Under the pieces are notes generated by a model. The model saw only the letters and a list, made by a program, of their open reading frames with translations, did no database searches and was not told the DNA's origin. The translations under genes and the position numbers were made by a program. Shown one piece after another: positions 36,851-44,756 of a stretch of 64,000 bases of DNA. Source of the DNA: a virus. The DNA lies in IMG/VR virus record IMGVR_UViG_2531839312_000008, positions 1,574-65,573 of that record; one strand, 5' to 3'. The stretch's first letter is position 1. Each line of letters opens with the position of its first letter.

Positions 36851-37121
36851 GTACCGTCTTAATGATTGTCTGGCGGCCCTGACTGGCAGAGGCGTTCGTT
36901 TTTTGCGCATCCAGGGTAGCTCCGGCAATGGTGTTGAATATGCCGACGCTCAGCGCCTGAGATTGGGTGATGAATTCGGCTTCTTTCTTTTGCTGCACTG
37001 CGATAGTGAGTTGGTCGGTGGTTGATACCGACTTACCGTAGTAGTGGAAGGCAGCCTACATCAGCAGGGAAATTATCAGCAGGATGATAGCTGTCAGGGC
37101 AACGGCAATTTTGTTAATCAT
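36702..37121 (-). pseudogene. Rz: i-spanin (Rz-like) interrupted by an in-frame TAG at codon 22
   Basis: MINKIAVALTAIILLIISLLM*AAFHYYGK... continues in frame into the 36702..36998 ORF; TAG at 37056-37058. Confidence 0.85.
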
Positions 37122-37228
37122 GAGAGAAGTACTCCAATGAATAAGCACCAGCCCCAACCCTTTTTGCCAAATAGCGCAAGCACAAAGGCGAAATAGAAAA
37201 GCATTAGCGCTAATCCATGTCGGTTCAT
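37118..37228 (-). CDS. 36-aa hydrophobic peptide (MNRHGLALMLFYFAFVLALFGKKGWGWCLFIGVLLS), absent from the ORF track
   Basis: ATGA overlaps with both the endolysin stop and the Rz start. Confidence 0.7.
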   Translation of the reverse strand: MNRHGLALMLFYFAFVLALFGKKGWGWCLFIGVLLS

Positions 37229-37719
37229 GGTTGCCCCATCAGGCAAACTTGCCGGTCAATTTCACGCCGGTTGATCAGGCCACGATTCCTCTGCTTATTC
37301 ACGTATACCCATTTGCGAAGGTCATCGCATGCTTCAGTAGTCTGGCCAGCGTTGAGATGACGCAGTAAAGAGGAGTGCTTGAAGGAGGTAACGCCGACGT
37401 TGTATGCAAAACTATACATGGCAGCGCGGGTGTAGTTGTCGATGGGCACCTTTACAGCCGCATCCACAGCCTTTTTAACCGGCACCAGGTGTTTAATTAG
37501 CAGCGCATCGCACTCTTTGTCTGAGTAGTGGTGCCCGATAATCACATCCGGTCCGGTTATCCCGCTGCATACCGTCCAGACTCCGCCCTGATCGCGGTAA
37601 GGGACGCTTTTCTGCCCTTCCACTCCATCCGGGCCACCGAGCAGAGCAATCGCTATTGTTATCGCGGTTGCTCCGCCCAACTTAACTATCTTGCTCCGCA
37701 ATTCCGGTGACATCGCCAT
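37225..37719 (-). CDS. R: SAR endolysin (GH24 lysozyme)
   Basis: Weakly hydrophobic N-terminal SAR segment; EG...PY.D.GGVWTVC.G catalytic E-D-T triad. Confidence 0.93.
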   Translation of the reverse strand: MAMSPELRSKIVKLGGATAITIAIALLGGPDGVEGQKSVPYRDQGGVWTVCSGITGPDVIIGHHYSDKECDALLIKHLVPVKKAVDAAVKVPIDNYTRAAMYSFAYNVGVTSFKHSSLLRHLNAGQTTEACDDLRKWVYVNKQRNRGLINRREIDRQVCLMGQP

Positions 37720-37721
37720 AA

Positions 37722-38027
37722 TTACTCCACCTGATCCATGGCGCTTTCCACTTTTTCAGCGACGTTAGCAGGATTAACTTCTGAATCGCCTTTATGCCCG
37801 GCGAGAAATGAGACCATTGCGTCCGTACGTTTCTCATCAAGCGTCTGCTTTACCTTTAACGCGTTGCGATTGTTTAGGAAGGTACTGAATGAAAGTAATG
37901 CACCAAACAATGCACACAGGACGTATATCCACTGCTCGGTCGATAGGCCCGCAGCACTGGCAATAGTCGTCAGCGTGGCCCAGAAATGTGTCCACCATCC
38001 GTCATTATTCTGTTGATTCATTTTCAC
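37722..38027 (-). CDS. S: Holin (pinholin-like) with GTG-AAA-ATG dual start
   Basis: Two TM segments; directly before the endolysin; starts at 38027 and 38021. Confidence 0.8.
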   Translation of the reverse strand: MKMNQQNNDGWWTHFWATLTTIASAAGLSTEQWIYVLCALFGALLSFSTFLNNRNALKVKQTLDEKRTDAMVSFLAGHKGDSEVNPANVAEKVESAMDQVE

Positions 38028-38074
38028 GGTTCCACTCCCATTCTTTAGATGGGCTGTGTCAGTAGTCGAAGGGA

Positions 38075-38131
38075 TTAGCGCCGGAATGCATTGCAATAGG
38101 CGTCATTTGAGGGTTGAGCATTCGGCGCTAA
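38075..38131 (-). promoter_or_regulatory. Long hairpin between the glycosyltransferases and the holin
   Basis: ttagcgccggaatgc / gcattcggcgctaa inverted repeat. Confidence 0.55.
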
Positions 38132-38164
38132 ATAGGGTTAAGGCTGCCCGTCTACGCTGGGCTG

Positions 38165-39118
38165 TTAAGAAAATGATTCGAATAACTGGCGGCGTAGCTC
38201 GTTTGCATCTTTGATGTGGTAATTCAGACGAACATGCTCCGCAAGTGAAGCCTGATAATCCTCAAGCCTGTTCTTGTCCTTAATGAGAGACTTCATTTTC
38301 CTTGAGAAATCATGATTTCCTTCAGCGTATAAGACATGATCGCAATCGACCTCATTAAAGTAAGGTCTAACTTTCGAGGCAATGAATGCTAAGCCCTTCG
38401 CGCCCGCTTCCAGCATCTTCAGGTTTGATTTGCAACGGTTAAAGGCGCTATCAACCAGCGGTGCCAGGGATGCCTGGTGGCCGTCATAAAGCTGCATGTA
38501 ATCGGCAAGCTTCATGGCTGGCTTAATTTGCTGCCCCTTCAAGTTTCCGAGTATTTTTTTCCACTCTGGATCATCAAAACGAACACCGGCGATCGTAACC
38601 TCAGGCAAATGCGGTAGTAGTTTTAAATCCTCACAATGGGATGCACCACCGGCCCAGATATATGTGGTTTCAGACTCTTTATCAGGTGAAGTCGTGAATT
38701 GGCCTTCGTCGTAAGGCAAAGCGTTAGGGATAACCACAACATTGCGATTGACTTGCCTTACCTGCGCAGCCAAATGAGGGGTTGTCACAATTACAGCGTC
38801 TGCTTCTTTCAGGCATAGTGGGATAACTTCGTTAATACCGGCCTTTCTAAAACGGTCATACAGGTAATGTCCTTCGTCGAGCAGCCAGTGATCATCAATG
38901 TCGATGACAATCCGATACCCCGCACGTTTCTTTTGCATCAGTTCTGCAAACCCGCCAGTGGGCATCCTGTTACACCAAAGCACAGGCACCTTAGGTTTCG
39001 GCAGGTAGGTTTGCTCCATGTACTGGTAGGGCATAACAACACGGTGATAATCGCACGCGGTCGACGGACGCAGATCGGCAAACAGGTTCGAATTACTATT
39101 ATTCTGGGAAACCAACAT
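38165..39118 (-). CDS. Glycosyltransferase, GT-B fold (GT4-like)
   Basis: VIDIDD, ADAVIV.T..LA, VIPNAL, WAGGASH, APL....FN.CKSNLK.LEAG..G...IAS. Confidence 0.85.
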   Translation of the reverse strand: MLVSQNNSNSNLFADLRPSTACDYHRVVMPYQYMEQTYLPKPKVPVLWCNRMPTGGFAELMQKKRAGYRIVIDIDDHWLLDEGHYLYDRFRKAGINEVIPLCLKEADAVIVTTPHLAAQVRQVNRNVVVIPNALPYDEGQFTTSPDKESETTYIWAGGASHCEDLKLLPHLPEVTIAGVRFDDPEWKKILGNLKGQQIKPAMKLADYMQLYDGHQASLAPLVDSAFNRCKSNLKMLEAGAKGLAFIASKVRPYFNEVDCDHVLYAEGNHDFSRKMKSLIKDKNRLEDYQASLAEHVRLNYHIKDANELRRQLFESFS

Positions 39119-39740
39119 AAATAGGGCCCCCTTCTCTCACCAGGTCTTCCATTAATTTATTTCCTGCTTCCATTCCAGCTTTCTTAACTGCGCTTGAGAC
39201 AACAGAGTTTCGAAATCCTGAAAACATGTCTTCGACGTGGATCCCCGCTACTACGGATAACGGGACTTCCCAACCACTGGATTTACCGCACAGCCCAGCA
39301 CAATGTGCGCGGTACGCGTAGGTAACGTCTTCGGGGCCATACTTTCCGTACCGTTCATCAAAGTAACCCACCTCTTCAACACATTTGCGGGTGAGCATGG
39401 AGAACTGAACGGTTACGCCAGTACAGAACATCACCCCGTCAACGTAGCCATAAGGGGGCGAGTCAAAAACATGCGGCCAGCCAATGAAATCAAGCTCGCG
39501 ATGTCGAGCAGCAGAGATTGCCAACTCAGCCCAATCCTCTCGGCGTGGGATCACATCGTCATCCATTAAAAAAATATAATCACAGCCTTTTTCGTAGAGC
39601 GATTTCAGAACACGATTTCGAGCGTATGCCGGACCGTTTCTTTTTGTATCAGTGAAGACTTCCAACAACGCGCCGTCGGGCATTACATAGTCAGGGAGTT
39701 TTCTATCCCCAGTAGTGATTACACCAACACCGATTTGCAT
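39099..39740 (-). CDS. Glycosyltransferase, GT-A fold (GT2-like)
   Basis: G.A.ARN, YIFLMDDD (DxD), VG.FDE.Y..YG.ED..Y..R. Confidence 0.88.
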   Translation of the reverse strand: MQIGVGVITTGDRKLPDYVMPDGALLEVFTDTKRNGPAYARNRVLKSLYEKGCDYIFLMDDDVIPRREDWAELAISAARHRELDFIGWPHVFDSPPYGYVDGVMFCTGVTVQFSMLTRKCVEEVGYFDERYGKYGPEDVTYAYRAHCAGLCGKSSGWEVPLSVVAGIHVEDMFSGFRNSVVSSAVKKAGMEAGNKLMEDLVREGGPIYVGFPE

Positions 39741-39772
39741 AAGCTTCCTACAGAAGGATTGATGAGTTCAGA

Positions 39773-39802
39773 CAAAAAAAAGCCACGCGAGAGCGCAGCC
39801 TG
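39773..39802 (-). terminator. Terminator ~30 bp upstream of the glycosyltransferase RBS
   Basis: GGCTGCGC-TCTC-GCGTGGC plus T8. Confidence 0.65.
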
Positions 39803-39894
39803 AAATGGGGCCAGAATAAGCGTCTGGGAGCGCATTTCCCTATCTGATATTGTTAAATTGCTCAGAAATAACCATACAAATACGGAGGAATTAA

Positions 39895-40052
39895 TGACTG
39901 AAAATACAAATTCATCGGATGGAGGTAAGCCTCAACCAACACCACCACCCAAACCAGCTCCAGCTCCTACTCCGACTCGCGAAAGAAATCCTCGAACTGG
40001 TTGGACTGTAGTCGGTGATTCTGCTGAAGGCCTCAGAAGAAAAAGTAAGTAA
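39895..40052 (+). CDS. Pro-rich 52-aa peptide
   Basis: GGAGG RBS; PQPTPPPKPAPAPTP; 3' end overlaps the convergent membrane-protein gene. Confidence 0.6.
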
Positions 40053-40602
40053 GCGCTGAAATAATAAGTGCGCAAACAGGAGTAAGGATTGTAGCGATCC
40101 TTACTCTCTCAAGTCCCTTCCCTATTCTGGAATTTTCATTCTTGCTCAATTCCGCAATTTCGTTCAAATCGACAAGCCGATAGCGTCTCAAAATATTCAA
40201 TGTCGAAGGCGCTCCGGTGTAACCTTTAGACTTGAAGTTACTATGATCGGCCTCATCGAACTCTTTATAACCTGCATGATACAAAGCATAAGGCGTAGAT
40301 GAAGCCAGAGCTCTTCGCCTGACTGACAACACATAAATAACCAGATAAACCGCACATAAAGCCCAATAAACGGTGAACACTGCTATTCCTGCGGCAAGAA
40401 AACCGGGATAACGATTTTGTGTAAGTAGCAGAAAAGATGAGCCAATACCCACGATCAATATACTGAGTAGCCTTTGCCCGTTCTCTTTATTCAACGAGTT
40501 AGACTGATGGATTTCTCGGATGCAGTCTTCACCCTGCTTCTCCAGAAAATTGAGCATGTCATCATCAATATCTAGGAAGTGCTCATCATGTGGTTTTTTC
40601 AT
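40033..40602 (-). CDS. Membrane protein with three predicted TM segments (moron)
   Basis: Two N-proximal and one C-terminal hydrophobic helices. Confidence 0.75.
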   Translation of the reverse strand: MKKPHDEHFLDIDDDMLNFLEKQGEDCIREIHQSNSLNKENGQRLLSILIVGIGSSFLLLTQNRYPGFLAAGIAVFTVYWALCAVYLVIYVLSVRRRALASSTPYALYHAGYKEFDEADHSNFKSKGYTGAPSTLNILRRYRLVDLNEIAELSKNENSRIGKGLERVRIATILTPVCALIISALTYFFF

Positions 40603-40699
40603 AGCTAAAACCTTATAGGCGTTTAATGATGGGATTTTATCTCAATGCAACTAACGGTCGAATTCTTATCATCAAAACGGCGCTAAATTTGGGCAATAA

Positions 40700-40760
40700 A
40701 AAAGGCCGCCAAGCTGGCAGCCCTTAAATGAGAAAAGCCCCTGCATTTCTGCAAGGGCCT
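40700..40760 (-). terminator. Tandem intrinsic terminators in the late leader
   Basis: GGCCCTTGCAGAAATGCAGGGGCTTTT and GGGCTGCCAGCTTGGCGGCCTTTTTT. Confidence 0.65.
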
Positions 40761-40877
40761 GTTGTAGTGCCGGGTGCCTCCCGGTGAACCTTTGGCCAAC
40801 TAACCGTGGTTCGCTCTTAGGCATCTTTAATAGCCTTCAGTTGATTTGCCCCACCGCATAGGGGGATTCACTGCAAC
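40761..40877. ncRNA. Candidate multi-stem structured RNA in the late leader
   Basis: Closing stem gttgtagtg/cactgcaac enclosing CCGGG/CCCGG, CAACT/AGTTG, AGGC/GCCT and CCCC/GGGG stems. Confidence 0.55.
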
Positions 40878-40906
40878 GTGTTTGAAAATATCACTAAATT
40901 TCAAAA

Positions 40907-40941
40907 TGGAAAAGCCCCGACCGGTTAAGATCAGGGCTTTC
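40907..40941 (-). terminator. tR'-like terminator
   Basis: AAAGCCCTGATC-TTAACC-GGTCGGGGCTTTT about 50-70 nt after pR'. Confidence 0.75.
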
Positions 40942-40974
40942 TATGTTTTACCGCTCTAACAAGTGCAGTAACCC

Positions 40975-41015
40975 ACTGTTAATGGCAATTTACCCCAACT
41001 TTCGGAAAAAGTAAA
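40975..41015 (-). promoter_or_regulatory. Late promoter pR' with sigma-pause element
   Basis: TTTACT-17bp-TAAATT (lambda pR' is TTGACT-17-TAAATT), followed by AACAGT resembling the lambda AACGAT pause element. Confidence 0.8.
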
Positions 41016-41052
41016 TAACTCACGATACTTTTGTGAGCTATTTCATTCACCA

Positions 41053-41823
41053 CTATTTAGTAACGCGATTTAAGGCTTGCTCTGCCCATGACTCCTCTTT
41101 CTCCAAATGAGTTATTAGCGTGTCATAGAATGGCTTTATCGTCTTATCCCATGTGGCAGCTGATATGGTATCGGTGAAGGCGCATATAGCTCTGAATGCG
41201 TCAACTGCAGGGACGCGTTCATACCCTCGGCCACGACAACGCTTGCAGTCTTTCATTACGGGAAATCCCTGCTTTTCTGTTTCACCCTGATCCAAAGAAA
41301 CAGTCCGCCCCCGGCAGTCACGACACGCTACTGATACCTCCCCTTTCCCATTACAGTGAATGCATAATTCACCAACATCTTCGCTCACTACTCTCGCCGG
41401 AGTCTTTTCACCACAGCCAGGATGTTTGACTACACGCCTGTTGCGATAGATTAGCTTATGACCCCGGCATTTTTGACACAGCTCTTTCCCTGAAGCGCTT
41501 CTGCAATAATCCTTGAAGGCAAATTTTGCGAGCACTTGCACTACTTTCACTTTAATCTTTGTGTCTAGCTTGCGTAAGGCTGGAACCTTGTCGCAATGCT
41601 TCATACCATGCTGTACCAGTAGTTGAATTGCTCTCTTTGAATCTTCAGGGCTAAGGCCTAACTTCCCCAAGAAGGCCTTAAATCCTAACTCTGCTTGTGA
41701 CTGACATAACCCGAAAGCCCCCAACACGTCAGTACCAGTCATTGTGTCTCCAGTACAACGCGATGAGTCCGTGAACGACTGAGTTTTACAGAAGAAATAC
41801 TTTGTCGCCGATTCAAGATTCAT
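41053..41823 (-). CDS. Q: Late antiterminator Q (lambda-type)
   Basis: M.LES..K.F..K...TGTDV; DYCRSA; CxxCxG Zn fingers; W..TIKPFYD.L. Confidence 0.93.
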   Translation of the reverse strand: MNLESATKYFFCKTQSFTDSSRCTGDTMTGTDVLGAFGLCQSQAELGFKAFLGKLGLSPEDSKRAIQLLVQHGMKHCDKVPALRKLDTKIKVKVVQVLAKFAFKDYCRSASGKELCQKCRGHKLIYRNRRVVKHPGCGEKTPARVVSEDVGELCIHCNGKGEVSVACRDCRGRTVSLDQGETEKQGFPVMKDCKRCRGRGYERVPAVDAFRAICAFTDTISAATWDKTIKPFYDTLITHLEKEESWAEQALNRVTK

Positions 41824-41927
41824 TTCTTTCTCCGCCTAGGCTGGGTATCCCAAGACTGCCAGTGAGTTGGCTGAGGCTCCGGGGTGATGGGCTTGAAAAG
41901 GGACAGGATTACTTCAAAAATGCTCAT
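41820..41927 (-). CDS. 35-aa hypothetical protein coupled to Q
   Basis: MSIFEVILSLFKPITPEP...RRRKK; ATGA overlap with Q. Confidence 0.55.
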   Translation of the reverse strand: MSIFEVILSLFKPITPEPQPTHWQSWDTQPRRRKK

Positions 41928-42124
41928 TACAGCCTCCTCAGATATTCATTTTTCAAGTGGCCATTGAGCGCTTTAATCACCTTATACTTTTTGTAAAAAC
42001 GGTGGGCGCGCACCAATTTCCTATACTCATTGATTCTTTGTTGGTGGAGTGCAAACCTCCAAGGCATCCAGATGAATAGAACTACCAACCAAGGCGTTAG
42101 CGATAGCCATGCGCTTGCTGTCAT
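41927..42124 (-). CDS. Small membrane hypothetical protein (nin region)
   Basis: Hydrophobic N-terminus; GGAG RBS; ATGA overlap. Confidence 0.65.
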   Translation of the reverse strand: MTASAWLSLTPWLVVLFIWMPWRFALHQQRINEYRKLVRAHRFYKKYKVIKALNGHLKNEYLRRL

Positions 42125-42756
42125 GCTGCTTCTCCGAGTTGTCGTTTGCGTAATTTTTCGTAATGGCGGGCCCGGCGCGTAAAGATTGCTTTCACACGTT
42201 GCAGGTATTCGATAGTGAAATTGCGAGGGGTATTGTCTGACTCGATACTTTCAACCCTTTGCAGGCCGATACGTTCGATTAGTCTGATGCGGTATTCTAC
42301 GGCGTTGCCGCTAAGCTGGCGGTTGCAGCGGGTGCAAGCTGAATGGACGTTAAATACATTGAATTTAAGGTGGGATGCCGCGCCGCGTGAGCGGTAATGA
42401 CTCGCGTCTACTGCACTGCCGGTGAGGTAATTACTGGAGCCGCTTAGAACGCCTCCACAGCTAACACAGGTTTTGTTTAAATCACGCATTCTGATATAGC
42501 GATTAAACGCCGCCTGCGCCTCTCTCTGCCACTCTGGTAAACCCTTTAGTGCTTCCCTTCTTTTTCTCAAATCGTCGCGCTGTTGCCTCTCCTGCTTTCG
42601 ATTTTCACGCGCTGCAAGTTCTTCGTCTCGGCGGCGGTTAAATTCGATTGCGCATTTGTAATTGCTGCAGACTCTTTGAGTGGTAGACCAAGGCAAGTAT
42701 TCAGATTCACAGATGGGGCAGGTTTTCGGCTTAGGCGGCTTTGTGCCCTTAGCCAT
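42121..42756 (-). CDS. ninG: NinG/Rap junction endonuclease
   Basis: AQ.AFN.YIR.RD...CVSCG; DA.HYRS.GAA..L.FN..N.H..C..CN...SGN...YR..L..RIG. Confidence 0.92.
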   Translation of the reverse strand: MAKGTKPPKPKTCPICESEYLPWSTTQRVCSNYKCAIEFNRRRDEELAARENRKQERQQRDDLRKRREALKGLPEWQREAQAAFNRYIRMRDLNKTCVSCGGVLSGSSNYLTGSAVDASHYRSRGAASHLKFNVFNVHSACTRCNRQLSGNAVEYRIRLIERIGLQRVESIESDNTPRNFTIEYLQRVKAIFTRRARHYEKLRKRQLGEAA

Positions 42757-43429
42757 TGTCACCACCTTTGATTTTTACAATGGTCAACTGGCCGCCAAAT
42801 ACTGCGCCGGTGTCGATGTAATTCAAATTGGCCGCTTTAGCTGGGCGCTGGATTGGCGTGTGACCAAAATAGAATGCCTTGGCACCTTCAATTCCCGTTT
42901 GCGGGCCATCTGAAAGCGCGTTGAATCTTTCCCGGCTCCAAACAGCATCAGATTCGCTAATTGGCTTACCAAAAAGGTAATGATCGGATGGGTAGTCCGC
43001 ATGGCAAATAACAGTGCTCTCGCCAGCAATATTTACCTCAATCACCAGTGGTGAATTTTTGGCTCTCTCAATGAGTCTTGTTGCTAGCAGGCGCTGTTCT
43101 TCATCGAGCGTCCAATACCAACTCCCGCCATTGCCAAACCACAATCTGCCGTCGTCTTTCCCTGAGATTGTATCGATGGCCATTTGCTCATGATTCCCGC
43201 GTACAGCCACAAACCATTTTTCGTTTTGCAGATCCAGACACTCGACATTCTGAGGTCCACGGTCGATTAAGTCGCCAACGGAAATAAGCAGATCTTCATG
43301 CCGGTTGAACGCCAATTCTTCGAGCTGCGTAATTAGGCGCTGATAGCAGCCATGCAGATCGCCAACAACGAATACATTCCGGTATTGGTCGCCATTAATG
43401 CGCTGGTAAACGCCGTTTCTTTCACTCAT
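42749..43429 (-). CDS. ninI: Ser/Thr protein phosphatase (lambda NinI type)
   Basis: GDLHG, GDLIDRG, RGNHE and GHTP metallophosphoesterase motifs. Confidence 0.93.
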   Translation of the reverse strand: MSERNGVYQRINGDQYRNVFVVGDLHGCYQRLITQLEELAFNRHEDLLISVGDLIDRGPQNVECLDLQNEKWFVAVRGNHEQMAIDTISGKDDGRLWFGNGGSWYWTLDEEQRLLATRLIERAKNSPLVIEVNIAGESTVICHADYPSDHYLFGKPISESDAVWSRERFNALSDGPQTGIEGAKAFYFGHTPIQRPAKAANLNYIDTGAVFGGQLTIVKIKGGDNG

Positions 43430-43649
43430 CGTCTCTGCTCCTCTCTACGTCATATCCACACATGGCCCACCAATCCGTACAGTCACTGCACGCATAAACC
43501 TCATCGTCGCTTAGCGGGATACCGCAGCCTTGGCATTTGCCACATAGACAAGGGTCATCCGGAGGGCTGGTTTTTTTACAATCGCTACACCAAATCCCCG
43601 GCATGTAATCGTGCATGCTCAAATTGCTCTCCAGATAGCGCTCTGCCAT
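43422..43649 (-). CDS. Cys-rich NinF-like protein
   Basis: CxxCG..L...EVY.CxxC. Confidence 0.55.
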   Translation of the reverse strand: MAERYLESNLSMHDYMPGIWCSDCKKTSPPDDPCLCGKCQGCGIPLSDDEVYACSDCTDWWAMCGYDVERSRDDE

Positions 43650-43825
43650 TGACTGCTTGGCCTTGGCTCATATTTCTCAGTTTCCACGTACACGGATACG
43701 CACCAGGTTTTGTAGTCTGGGTTAAGTGATTTCTTAATGGGGGTATTGCGGGATTGGTAATGCCGGGTGAGGTTTTCAACTTCTTCTAAATTGCATTCAG
43801 GATACTGAAACCAGTCTTTTTTCAT
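43619..43825 (-). CDS. Conserved nin-region hypothetical protein
   Basis: WF...C...E...L...Y; SLNPD..TW.VS; PRPS..WQS pattern. Confidence 0.65.
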   Translation of the reverse strand: MKKDWFQYPECNLEEVENLTRHYQSRNTPIKKSLNPDYKTWCVSVYVETEKYEPRPSSQWQSAIWRAI

Positions 43826-43871
43826 TCAACCCCCAGTGGCATATGACGGGGCATGCTTTCGTTCACCATAA

Positions 43872-44084
43872 TCAGACCTCAACCAGTTTTATCCCTCGCG
43901 GAGATTTTGGCTTAATTTTAACAGCGCCCTTTCCTTCCATGCGTGCGAGATGCTTTTGAACGTTATTTGGAGCACATCCAATATCACGAGATATTTCGGC
44001 ACGGGTCGGCGGGAATCCGTTTTCGTCTCGGAACACACGGATAAAATTGAGAATCCGTTGCTGAATTTCGCTTAACTCTCTCAT
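43872..44084 (-). CDS. Stand-alone LexA-type DNA-binding domain
   Basis: L...Q..IL.FI......G.PPT..EI....G...N.V..HL..M..KG.......PRGI. Confidence 0.85.
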   Translation of the reverse strand: MRELSEIQQRILNFIRVFRDENGFPPTRAEISRDIGCAPNNVQKHLARMEGKGAVKIKPKSPRGIKLVEV

Positions 44085-44551
44085 GCAGCCGCCTGTTTAT
44101 TTTTGTTGGCCTCGCCCCAGCGCTGCGCCCACTCAATGCGTAGGCGGGACTCTTCGCTAAACCTCACGCCCTGCTCAGTGCCGAACCAGTAAATAGCCTC
44201 AATAACTTCGACCATAGGACCGACACGCATCTTGCTGGTACGTACACCAAACATGACCACGCCGCCGCCGATACCAGGTGCTGTTCTTTGTTCCTGCTTC
44301 TTTGACTTCGCAACAAGAGCCGTGATCATGTCCTTCCAATCGTCCTCATCGTATTTCTCGCCATACCATACGACTTGCACAGCAAGGTCATGCAGCAGAG
44401 GCCACATTTTCTTATTCTGTGAGAGAGTGCGCTTGGGTGGTGATAATTCAACTTCGAATGGTTTTGAGGGGTCTAGCGGAAGCTGTTTGATCTGGTCGAT
44501 TAAGGTTTGGCGTATCTGGGAGTTTCTTAGATAATAATTTTTTTTATCCAT
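44081..44551 (-). CDS. ninB: NinB (Orf) recombination mediator
   Basis: KRTL.QN.KMW.LL.D.A.QV.W.G; WKD..TA; GGVV.FG.RTSKM. Confidence 0.92.
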   Translation of the reverse strand: MDKKNYYLRNSQIRQTLIDQIKQLPLDPSKPFEVELSPPKRTLSQNKKMWPLLHDLAVQVVWYGEKYDEDDWKDMITALVAKSKKQEQRTAPGIGGGVVMFGVRTSKMRVGPMVEVIEAIYWFGTEQGVRFSEESRLRIEWAQRWGEANKNKQAAA

Positions 44552-44756
44552 TCTTCCTTCTCAGGGAAGCTTTCAGCATCCGGTCTTGTTCAATAAGCTT
44601 CCCTATTAATGCTAATATAAAGTCGTTTTTTTGATCTGTAGGGCAGATTTCGAACCTTTGAAAAAGGATAAATTCTGGTCTATCAGAATCGGTCAAAATT
44701 TTTTGAATATCATTTAATAAATAGGATGTATTCATGGGAATCCTCACATTAGACAT
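44544..44756 (-). CDS. Small hypothetical protein, head-to-head overlap with the DUF4145 gene
   Basis: Start MSNVRIP; stop overlaps the ninB start. Confidence 0.5.
   Translation of the reverse strand: MSNVRIPMNTSYLLNDIQKILTDSDRPEFILFQRFEICPTDQKNDFILALIGKLIEQDRMLKASLRRKNG

Noticed and set aside
38165-39740. gtrABC-type serotype conversion or T4-type DNA glucosylation
   Set aside because: No flippase, bactoprenol transferase or multi-TM GtrC, and no hydroxymethylase in the window; not excluded experimentally, but unsupported
39800-41050. tRNA genes, often found between Q and the holin
   Set aside because: No cloverleaf or T-loop (GTTCRANNC) motif found by eye; the structured element at 40761-40877 is not tRNA-like
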